Below are positions 36,977 through 45,363 of a stretch of 64,000 bases of DNA, piece by piece. The position numbers and the translations under genes are program-made. The notes below the pieces were generated by a model. That model saw nothing but the letters and a program-made list of their open reading frames with translations, was not told the origin of the DNA and ran no database searches. Position 1 is the stretch's first letter, and every line of letters starts with the position of its first letter. Origin of the DNA: Eledone cirrhosa (Eukaryota); contig OZ024744.1 of NCBI GenBank assembly GCA_964016885.1, forward strand, positions 53,196,001-53,260,000, written 5' to 3'.

Positions 36977-39073
36977 TTACCGTACTTTTGGTAGAGGAGG
37001 GATGGTTTTTACATCCCTTTTCACTTGATCGTCTGGTGAAGGGACCGTTGAATCGTCCCTTCGGCTGGTCGTCGGCTCTTCTAAGAGAATGTCTGAGTAT
37101 ACTCTTCGATTGATGGTTCCTCCTAGGTCCCTGAAATCACCAACTGCGTTGGGGAATTTCGTTTTAATATTTGTGTATTGTTTCTGTGCTATTTTTAGCA
37201 GTCTTATGTTAGTTGGCGTTTTGATTGGTGCTGGTATTATGTAGTCCTGTTGTGAAATGTCTGTGTGTTCAATTATGTAAGTCATTAGTTTCTTGTTGTG
37301 TGTATTTATTGCCGTGCATTTGTTTTTCTGGGGGTGGGGTGTGGTTCTGCTATTTTCTTGTCGTTGTTGCTGGGTGTGTGTGTTTTGTTGTTGTGTTTGC
37401 GATGTTGGTGCTTGTGGTGGTGGTGTTGAAGGTGTTGTTGGCGGTGGGGTTGTCGCCGGTGGTGATGGTGGCGCTAGTGTGGGTGGTGATGGTGTTGGTG
37501 TTGTTGCTGCTGTGGGTCTCTTTGCAGTAGACTTTACCCTTTTCTCATTTCTTTCCTCCCTTTTCAAAGGCGACGATGCGCTGTTTCTGCGTTTGTGCCT
37601 TCTTACGACCTTTTGCCATCTCTCTCCCACCTCACACTCCATGTCTGATTCTGTGAGGTCGGGGAGGGGTACCAGCTGCACTCTTTCACTTGTTGTTGTT
37701 GGTGATGTTTGCACTGGAGTCTCTGTTGCAGCTGCATTTGGTATTGCTGTTGTTGTTGTTAGTATTTCCACTGCTGCTGCTGTTTTTGATTTCCGTGGAG
37801 TGGGTATGGGTGCCACGGGCCTATCGTTCCTGGTTGCCGCTTGTCCTGTTGCTGGTAGCCGTGGAGCCGGATTCGGAAGGAGGGGGGTTTTCTCCTTTCT
37901 CAGGGTCTTCTCGTTGCAGAAGGCCCTGAGGTGAGTCTTCGATCCACAGCGAAAGCATTTCGGGCGTTTGCCCTCAACACTTATGGGCAGTTGAGTGCCG
38001 TTATCGAAGTCTATCACATCCGGGATAGCTTCGATGCACTCCTGGTTGGTTTGGATTAGCATCTCAATGGAGTAGCCGACCCAATCTTCTCTTACTTTTT
38101 TCTGTACTTGCAGTACAGTTGTTTTGTCCTCGATTCCGACGAGGACAGACGCGGCCAGCCAAGAAGGGGTCATTCCGGGGGGTACGTGGGTCAGTTTGAC
38201 CCTCACAATTTTTTGCCCACAGTAGGAGGGCACCAACACCATTTCCTCGCTCCTTAGGGTCACTACTGATTGGGCCTTTGCCTCCTGGGGTGTGGCAAAA
38301 AGTACGTCTACGGTGGCATATTTTTTGCCTCGGGTGATGTGCGTTTTCCGCTGCCACACAGACCCCAAGGCTTTTTGTATTTGGGCCTCTGTGGCTCTTT
38401 CCACCCTACGGGATTTTGTACTTACTGTACGGTACGTGACCGTACAGTGCTCTTGGGTTTCGAAAAAATTTTCCGCTGCCTTGCAGATTGCTCGGTGTCC
38501 GTTCTTTGTCACCATCTTCTTCGCTTCCTCTAATTCCTCATTTGTTATGAGGATTGTTTCCAAGTTTTTCGCAATACCTGCAAATGAGATTGGTTTTTCT
38601 CTGCTGTTGTTGTTGTCGTCAGAGCTGCTGGTACTTTTGTTGTTGCTGCAGGTACTACGACTACTGCCTCCGCCGCTGTTGCTGTGGTTGTTGTTGGTGT
38701 TGCTGCTGCTAATGCTGTTGTTGTTTATGCTGCTGGTGATGCTGTTGCGGCTGCTACTGTTGTTTTCATTGTCACTGTTGCTGTTGTTATTACGGCTGCT
38801 ACTGCTATTATTCCTGACGTCAGACGAATGAACTGGGTTTTCGTATTTCCCGCACAACTGTTTCGTCGCTGTCGTCGTCGTCGTGGAGAAACCTTGCACG
38901 CTTTGCACGAGACTTTTCTTTTCTTTCGTCGCTTGCGAAAGAGAAGGGAGGGAGAGAGACACATTTAAAGAAGGGAGGGAGAGAGACAATCTTCTCTCTG
39001 CTGTAGTGATGATTGAGGAAGAAGAAGACGGAATGAGTGGGAGTGACGTATGAAATTTCTTTTTCGTAGCCAT
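36977..39073 (-). CDS. ORF1p, ~698 aa nucleic-acid-binding protein with one CCHC knuckle
   Basis: ATG at 39073 in the AAAAAACATG context seen in other copies; Asn/Ser tract, SFAGIA, CFRCGSKTHLRAFC, Pro/Thr-rich region, basic WQKVVRRHKRR. Confidence 0.9.
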   Translation of the reverse strand: MATKKKFHTSLPLIPSSSSSIITTAERRLSLSLPSLNVSLSLPSLSQATKEKKSLVQSVQGFSTTTTTATKQLCGKYENPVHSSDVRNNSSSSRNNNSNSDNENNSSSRNSITSSINNNSISSSNTNNNHSNSGGGSSRSTCSNNKSTSSSDDNNNSREKPISFAGIAKNLETILITNEELEEAKKMVTKNGHRAICKAAENFFETQEHCTVTYRTVSTKSRRVERATEAQIQKALGSVWQRKTHITRGKKYATVDVLFATPQEAKAQSVVTLRSEEMVLVPSYCGQKIVRVKLTHVPPGMTPSWLAASVLVGIEDKTTVLQVQKKVREDWVGYSIEMLIQTNQECIEAIPDVIDFDNGTQLPISVEGKRPKCFRCGSKTHLRAFCNEKTLRKEKTPLLPNPAPRLPATGQAATRNDRPVAPIPTPRKSKTAAAVEILTTTTAIPNAAATETPVQTSPTTTSERVQLVPLPDLTESDMECEVGERWQKVVRRHKRRNSASSPLKREERNEKRVKSTAKRPTAATTPTPSPPTLAPPSPPATTPPPTTPSTPPPQAPTSQTQQQNTHTQQQRQENSRTTPHPQKNKCTAINTHNKKLMTYIIEHTDISQQDYIIPAPIKTPTNIRLLKIAQKQYTNIKTKFPNAVGDFRDLGGTINRRVYSDILLEEPTTSRRDDSTVPSPDDQVKRDVKTIPPLPKVR

Positions 39074-39286
39074 GTTTTTTTGTTTAAAATGAAATTTTGG
39101 GTACAAAACCCCAATAACTGGTTATTTAACCCCGAAGGGCCAAATAACGGACAGAAAGACCCCTCTCACGAGGAGGAGGGTGTCTTTATCAACAATTTGG
39201 TTCAAGTTTTAAACAATTTACAATTGTTTTAACGGTTAAAAATTACTATACCTTACAGAGCCGAGCCTCCGTCAACCATGGCATTC

Positions 39287-39317
39287 AATAATAATAATAA
39301 TAATAATAATTAATAAT
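39287..39317. repeat. (AAT)8T(AAT)2 spacer
   Basis: Identical to 45333-45363. Confidence 0.95.
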
Positions 39318-39567
39318 GATTTCTTTATTAACCACAAGGGTTTACATAAAGTAGACATTAAGGACAGTGCAGGACAATGCAGGACGGTACAAATGGGCAT
39401 TTCTGCGTGTAAAAAACAAAAACAGAGGATGTAACAAAAAATAACAATGAAAAATTCCCCAATAGGGGGGAGACTTCGGAGGGACATTTGTGGAGAAAGC
39501 CCAGTAAAAAGCCACAATGACCCTGACCACCAAGGCAAGTGCCCTCTCCCAGTTTTCCACCTTTAGT

Positions 39568-42500
39568 TTACAGATATATACTCAGAGTCGGCCCATTCAC
39601 TCGGGCCATTCTTGCTTCTCTCACCCATCTTTCAACAAAATGCTGGGAAGAGAGCACTTCCTTCTCTACTCTGATTTTCCTTTTCAAATGAAATTTGAAA
39701 AAGTCAATCAGAGCATCACCGAAGAGGTAAGTGCTCGTCTTCAGCCCTTTCAAACGTGTCCACCATACTATCTCTTTCGCCATGGCCACCAGACAGATAA
39801 AAACTGCCTGCCCTTCCCGGCTAAAGGAGGAGGGCGGGGCAATCCTCACGATAGACTCAGATGATAGCTGGATCCGTCCTAAACGCGACAGCAGGTGTTC
39901 GACATGAACCCACAAGTCAGCAATTTTCGGACACTGGACGAGTGCGTGCAGGACGGTTTCGTCGCCCTGCGCGCATCTCGGACATGCCCGGCTGACGGCA
40001 CCTCCATGCCTGTAGAGTTTATCCCGAACTGGCAAGGCTCCTCGGTAGCACTGCCAGGCCAGAGATTTCTGGAAGTTGTCCATAGGCCCCGGCCCGAAAG
40101 TTCTTCCGAAGAGATTGGCTAGTTGATTTTCGTCGACGCCTAGAGTTTCCCCAAGTACGTCGTCGCTCTTCCCCTCCACTAATCCTCTATAGAACGCCGA
40201 GGTGGAGTTTCCACCGATCACATTGCCCGATTGGTCGAGGGCTGTGAGCGCCTGAAGACATTCCAGTCTCCAGGCGCTCCCTCTCGGTCTTCGCTTGACC
40301 CAGGACTGCAGCTCCGTCAAGGAAACGAGCTGGGGAAAAACGCGTCTAGCAAACGGCGACCACACCTGATCACCGTCGAGGAAGAGGTGGAGATGTCGTA
40401 GCCTGAGCGCGTGCCTGCGCATCATCAGCCACGGCATGCCCAGCCCTCCACGTAGCGGGTGTTGACAACAGATGGACCGCCTGACCATCGGAGCACGTCC
40501 CTTCCACAAAAAGCGAAAGAGCAAACGCTCCAGCGCAGTCAGGCGAGGCTTAGGACAAGGTACGACGGTTAGGCGGTAGCAGATGACAGACGCGATGTAC
40601 GCGTTAGCCACCTCCGCTCGACCTTTCAGGGATAGCTTCCTCTCCGCCCATTTCTGGGTGAGAGAAGCCACCCTGCTCGTCACCTCGTCCCAGTTTTTGT
40701 CCGTCTGGAGGTCCGGACCGAACCAGACCCCTAGCAATTTAACCGGTCCGTCCGTCCAGCGCCCGACGACGCTGTTGGACGGCATGGACCTGCCTCTCCA
40801 GGTGCCGAGCTGCAGGCCCACTGACTTTTCCTGGTTGATCATTGCTCCTGTCACCGCTTCGTATTCTCTTAGTGTAGTGCCGATCGCCTCGATGTGTTTG
40901 GCGTTCGACACCACTACGGTGACATCGTCGGCATATGCTGACACGGATCTTCCGCATCCTAGTTCGCGCGGGACTCCCCTCAACGTCTCCAGTTTGTGCA
41001 GTAATGGCTCGAGAGTCAATACGTACAAGAGGGACGAGAGGGGACATCCTTGGCGGACCGAGCGCATGATGTTGAACGGTTCCGACAGGTGACCGTTTAC
41101 TCTCACCACAGAGCAGATGTCGCTGTGCATGGCAGCGATCCAGCCTCTGAAGACGGGCCCAAAGCCAGCCGCCCTCAGGACTGCCGCTAGGTAACGATGG
41201 TCGACCCTATCGAAAGCTTTCGACTGATCTAAATTGATCAAGGACCCACCCGTGCCAGGTTCCCTAGCTACCCTCTCTACGATGTATCGCATGAGGTGGA
41301 GGTTGTCGTGGATGGATCTGTCGGGAATGGCGCATGTCTGCGCCTCTCCCACCAGACCACCAACGACAAGCGCCAACCTCTTTGCTAGCACCTTGGCCAA
41401 AATCTTAAACTCTGTGTTTAGCAGAGTTATGGGCCGGAAATTGTCTATGTTATCCCCCTTGTTCGGATCCTTTCTCAGCAGTGCCACCGCTCCTCGGCTC
41501 ACAGAACTGGGAATTCTCCCGTTCTGTTGCCAGTTGCAGTAGACGTCCGCCAAGAGGCCTCCGAACAAGTCTGGCATCTGTACGTAAAGTTCATAGGGCA
41601 GACCATCCAAACCAGGCGATTTACCCCTTGTGCAGCCAGTCATTGCCTCCCTTACTTCAGCGGCTGTTATCGGCTTTTCGCAACACTTCGCCTCAGTGGC
41701 CGAGAGCCGCGGCAGTCCGTCGAGGTAGACACTAAAGTCCATCCCTCTACCCGGCCCACCGCTGCCCCCGAACAGCTGAGCGAAGTGTCGCTGAAAAGCT
41801 TCACACATTTGCCCGGGATCGAGTAGCATGCGCCCGTCGTGGTCCACCAAAGACCGGATCGTGGCTTTGTTGCCACGACGCGCCTCCGCCACTCGGGCCC
41901 ATTGAACGGCTTTCGTCCCCTCGTGTCTGAGAGCACGCACCCTAGCTCTGACAACGCAGCCTTCGTGCTTTGCATTGAAGAATTGGTCAAGGGCCAATTT
42001 CGCCGCAAGCACGTCGGTCGCAATGCCTTTGCTAAGCGCCTCGTCTAATTTTCTAACTAGTTCTCCCTCTGCTCTATTTTTCTCTATTGCTAAAGCCTTA
42101 CTAAACCTAATCGATTCTATTCTAATCGCTCTTTTCAGAGCAAACCACCACTTGTTGTTGACGATGGCCCCCGTCAACGCCCGCTTAACTAGTTCGCTAA
42201 TCCGGTCTCTGTAGGCCTTGCGCGCTGGTAAGGACGCGTTTAGCTTCCAGTAGCCGGGTCCTCGTCTATGAAGCCTATCTAAGTCAAGCACACAGATCAC
42301 GAATTTGTGGTCCGTGTAGCTGACTATCTTGAATTGTGGACAGCCTATGCTAGACCTATCTATTTCCCTACAAAATACTCTATCTAGATATGATCTGGAT
42401 GACCCTATGCGGTTTGTCCAAGTCCACATTGGCACATTCGGGAAATCCAATCGGTACCTGTCAGACAGTTCAAAACGCCTGAGCAGGTTGGTGAGGCTCT

Positions 42501-42987
42501 TGCACCCTCCACCCCTATCCGCTAATCCCACACAGTCCCAGCGTGCATCTAAGATGCCGTTCCAGTCGCCCACTAACACTAAAGAGCGGGACGTTCCAAG
42601 AAAGGTCTCCAGACGCCGGAAGAAATCAGGCCGCCCTGCTCCTGTCGGGGCATAGACGGCCACTAGCCTGAAAGCTTGCCCGTCTCCGCTGGTCACGTCC
42701 AGCACCACCAGCTTACCCTCTGGGTCCAGGAAGATGGCCCGTATGGCGAGATCCAAACCTCTCCGAAAAAGTACAGCAACTCCTCCACCGGATCCAGGAC
42801 GGCTGGGAGATGCGTACACATCGTAGCCGCCGAAGATCGGTGCGAAGGCCCGTGCTTCGGAGATTCTGGTCTCGCTGATGGCCACTACATCTATGTTTAG
42901 TGACCTGAGGTCGTTGAGCAGGTGACCCTGCTTCCATGACGACCCCAAGCCACGCGCATTTATGCTGCCTATTCTGAGTGAGGTCAT
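39568..42987 (-). CDS. ORF2p, 1139 aa: APE-RT-CCHC
   Basis: Same motifs as E7 ORF2; three visible residue differences (Q/P, D/G, Y/H). Confidence 0.95.
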   Translation of the reverse strand: MTSLRIGSINARGLGSSWKQGHLLNDLRSLNIDVVAISETRISEARAFAPIFGGYDVYASPSRPGSGGGVAVLFRRGLDLAIRAIFLDPEGKLVVLDVTSGDGQAFRLVAVYAPTGAGRPDFFRRLETFLGTSRSLVLVGDWNGILDARWDCVGLADRGGGCKSLTNLLRRFELSDRYRLDFPNVPMWTWTNRIGSSRSYLDRVFCREIDRSSIGCPQFKIVSYTDHKFVICVLDLDRLHRRGPGYWKLNASLPARKAYRDRISELVKRALTGAIVNNKWWFALKRAIRIESIRFSKALAIEKNRAEGELVRKLDEALSKGIATDVLAAKLALDQFFNAKHEGCVVRARVRALRHEGTKAVQWARVAEARRGNKATIRSLVDHDGRMLLDPGQMCEAFQRHFAQLFGGSGGPGRGMDFSVYLDGLPRLSATEAKCCEKPITAAEVREAMTGCTRGKSPGLDGLPYELYVQMPDLFGGLLADVYCNWQQNGRIPSSVSRGAVALLRKDPNKGDNIDNFRPITLLNTEFKILAKVLAKRLALVVGGLVGEAQTCAIPDRSIHDNLHLMRYIVERVAREPGTGGSLINLDQSKAFDRVDHRYLAAVLRAAGFGPVFRGWIAAMHSDICSVVRVNGHLSEPFNIMRSVRQGCPLSSLLYVLTLEPLLHKLETLRGVPRELGCGRSVSAYADDVTVVVSNAKHIEAIGTTLREYEAVTGAMINQEKSVGLQLGTWRGRSMPSNSVVGRWTDGPVKLLGVWFGPDLQTDKNWDEVTSRVASLTQKWAERKLSLKGRAEVANAYIASVICYRLTVVPCPKPRLTALERLLFRFLWKGRAPMVRRSICCQHPLRGGLGMPWLMMRRHALRLRHLHLFLDGDQVWSPFARRVFPQLVSLTELQSWVKRRPRGSAWRLECLQALTALDQSGNVIGGNSTSAFYRGLVEGKSDDVLGETLGVDENQLANLFGRTFGPGPMDNFQKSLAWQCYRGALPVRDKLYRHGGAVSRACPRCAQGDETVLHALVQCPKIADLWVHVEHLLSRLGRIQLSSESIVRIAPPSSFSREGQAVFICLVAMAKEIVWWTRLKGLKTSTYLFGDALIDFFKFHLKRKIRVEKEVLSSQHFVERWVREARMARVNGPTLSIYL

Positions 42988-43022
42988 GTTTAAAATAGAG
43001 TGGAAAAGATGGGAAAGACCAC

Positions 43023-45119
43023 TTACCGTACTTTTGGTAGAGGAGGGATGGTTTTTACATCCCTTTTCACTTGATCGTCTGGTGAAGGGACCGTTGAATC
43101 GTCCCTTCGGCTGGTCGTCGGCTCTTCTAAGAGAATGTCTGAGTATACTCTTCGATTGATGGTTCCTCCTAGGTCCCTGAAATCACCAACTGCGTTGGGG
43201 AATTTCGTTTTAATATTTGTGTATTGTTTCTGTGCTATTTTTAGCAGTCTTATGTTAGTTGGCGTTTTGATTGGTGCTGGTATTATGTAGTCCTGTTGTG
43301 AAATGTCTGTGTGTTCAATTATGTAAGTCATTAGTTTCTTGTTGTGTGTATTTATTGCCGTGCATTTGTTTTTCTGGGGGTGGGGTGTGGTTCTGCTATT
43401 TTCTTGTCGTTGTTGCTGGGTGTGTGTGTTTTGTTGTTGTGTTTGCGATGTTGGTGCTTGTGGTGGTGGTGTTGAAGGTGTTGTTGGCGGTGGGGTTGTC
43501 GCCGGTGGTGATGGTGGCGCTAGTGTGGGTGGTGATGGTGTTGGTGTTGTTGCTGCTGTGGGTCTCTTTGCAGTAGACTTTACCCTTTTCTCATTTCTTT
43601 CCTCCCTTTTCAAAGGCGACGATGCGCTGTTTCTGCGTTTGTGCCTTCTTACGACCTTTTGCCATCTCTCTCCCACCTCACACTCCATGTCTGATTCTGT
43701 GAGGTCGGGGAGGGGTACCAGCTGCACTCTTTCACTTGTTGTTGTTGGTGATGTTTGCACTGGAGTCTCTGTTGCAGCTGCATTTGGTATTGCTGTTGTT
43801 GTTGTTAGTATTTCCACTGCTGCTGCTGTTTTTGATTTCCGTGGAGTGGGTATGGGTGCCACGGGCCTATCGTTCCTGGTTGCCGCTTGTCCTGTTGCTG
43901 GTAGCCGTGGAGCCGGATTCGGAAGGAGGGGGGTTTTCTCCTTTCTCAGGGTCTTCTCGTTGCAGAAGGCCCTGAGGTGAGTCTTCGATCCACAGCGAAA
44001 GCATTTCGGGCGTTTGCCCTCAACACTTATGGGCAGTTGAGTGCCGTTATCGAAGTCTATCACATCCGGGATAGCTTCGATGCACTCCTGGTTGGTTTGG
44101 ATTAGCATCTCAATGGAGTAGCCGACCCAATCTTCTCTTACTTTTTTCTGTACTTGCAGTACAGTTGTTTTGTCCTCGATTCCGACGAGGACAGACGCGG
44201 CCAGCCAAGAAGGGGTCATTCCGGGGGGTACGTGGGTCAGTTTGACCCTCACAATTTTTTGCCCACAGTAGGAGGGCACCAACACCATTTCCTCGCTCCT
44301 TAGGGTCACTACTGATTGGGCCTTTGCCTCCTGGGGTGTGGCAAAAAGTACGTCTACGGTGGCATATTTTTTGCCTCGGGTGATGTGCGTTTTCCGCTGC
44401 CACACAGACCCCAAGGCTTTTTGTATTTGGGCCTCTGTGGCTCTTTCCACCCTACGGGATTTTGTACTTACTGTACGGTACGTGACCGTACAGTGCTCTT
44501 GGGTTTCGAAAAAATTTTCCGCTGCCTTGCAGATTGCTCGGTGTCCGTTCTTTGTCACCATCTTCTTCGCTTCCTCTAATTCCTCATTTGTTATGAGGAT
44601 TGTTTCCAAGTTTTTCGCAATACCTGCAAATGAGATTGGTTTTTCTCTGCTGTTGTTGTTGTCGTCAGAGCTGCTGGTACTTTTGTTGTTGCTGCAGGTA
44701 CTACGACTACTGCCTCCGCCGCTGTTGCTGTGGTTGTTGTTGGTGTTGCTGCTGCTAATGCTGTTGTTGTTTATGCTGCTGGTGATGTTGTTGCGGCTGC
44801 TACTGTTGTTTTCATTGTCACTGTTGCTGTTGTTATTACGGCTGCTACTGCTATTATTCCTGACGTCAGACGAATGAACTGGGTTTTCGTATTTCCCGCA
44901 CACCTGTTTCGTCGCTGTCGTCGTCGTCGTGGAGAAACCTTGCACGCTTTGCACGAGACTTTTCTTTTCTTTCGTCGCTTGCGAAAGAGAAGGGAGGGAG
45001 AGAGACACATTTAAAGAAGGGAGGGAGAGAGACAATCTTCTCTCTGCTGTAGTGATGATTGAGGAAGAAGAAGACGGAATGAGTGGGAGTGACGTATGAA
45101 ATTTCTTTTTCGTAGCCAT
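43023..45119 (-). CDS. ORF1p, ~698 aa
   Basis: As E7 ORF1; ATG at 45119. Confidence 0.9.
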   Translation of the reverse strand: MATKKKFHTSLPLIPSSSSSIITTAERRLSLSLPSLNVSLSLPSLSQATKEKKSLVQSVQGFSTTTTTATKQVCGKYENPVHSSDVRNNSSSSRNNNSNSDNENNSSSRNNITSSINNNSISSSNTNNNHSNSGGGSSRSTCSNNKSTSSSDDNNNSREKPISFAGIAKNLETILITNEELEEAKKMVTKNGHRAICKAAENFFETQEHCTVTYRTVSTKSRRVERATEAQIQKALGSVWQRKTHITRGKKYATVDVLFATPQEAKAQSVVTLRSEEMVLVPSYCGQKIVRVKLTHVPPGMTPSWLAASVLVGIEDKTTVLQVQKKVREDWVGYSIEMLIQTNQECIEAIPDVIDFDNGTQLPISVEGKRPKCFRCGSKTHLRAFCNEKTLRKEKTPLLPNPAPRLPATGQAATRNDRPVAPIPTPRKSKTAAAVEILTTTTAIPNAAATETPVQTSPTTTSERVQLVPLPDLTESDMECEVGERWQKVVRRHKRRNSASSPLKREERNEKRVKSTAKRPTAATTPTPSPPTLAPPSPPATTPPPTTPSTPPPQAPTSQTQQQNTHTQQQRQENSRTTPHPQKNKCTAINTHNKKLMTYIIEHTDISQQDYIIPAPIKTPTNIRLLKIAQKQYTNIKTKFPNAVGDFRDLGGTINRRVYSDILLEEPTTSRRDDSTVPSPDDQVKRDVKTIPPLPKVR

Positions 45120-45332
45120 GTTTTTTTGTTTAAAATGAAATTTTGGGTACAAAACCCCAATAACTGGTTATTTAACCCCGAAGGGCCAAATAACGGACAG
45201 AAAGACCCCTCTCACGAGGAGGAGGGTGTCTTTATCAACAATTTGGTTCAAGTTTTAAACAATTTACAATTGTTTTAACGGTTAAAAATTACTATACCTT
45301 ACAGAGCCGAGCCTCCGTCAACCATGGCATTC

Positions 45333-45363
45333 AATAATAATAATAATAATAATAATTAATAAT
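45333..45363. repeat. (AAT)8T(AAT)2 spacer
   Basis: Identical to 39287-39317. Confidence 0.95.

Larger units (their letters stand above)
33259..39286 (-). mobile_element. Full-length intact Tx1-clade LINE E7 (~6.0 kb)
   Basis: 5' UTR, two intact ORFs, 3' UTR with AATAAA (33265-33270), flanked by AAT tracts. Confidence 0.95.
39318..45332 (-). mobile_element. Full-length intact Tx1-clade LINE E8 (near-identical to E7)
   Basis: Period 6046 bp; a few substitutions and a short 3' UTR indel relative to E7. Confidence 0.95.

Noticed and set aside
37293-38968. Hydrophobic Val/Leu-rich plus-strand ORFs
   Set aside because: Antisense of Thr/Asn/Pro low-complexity ORF1 segments
39074-39106. TTG-initiated extension of ORF1 in the ORF track
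   Set aside because: Eukaryotic element; ATG 39073 has the A-rich context shared by other copies
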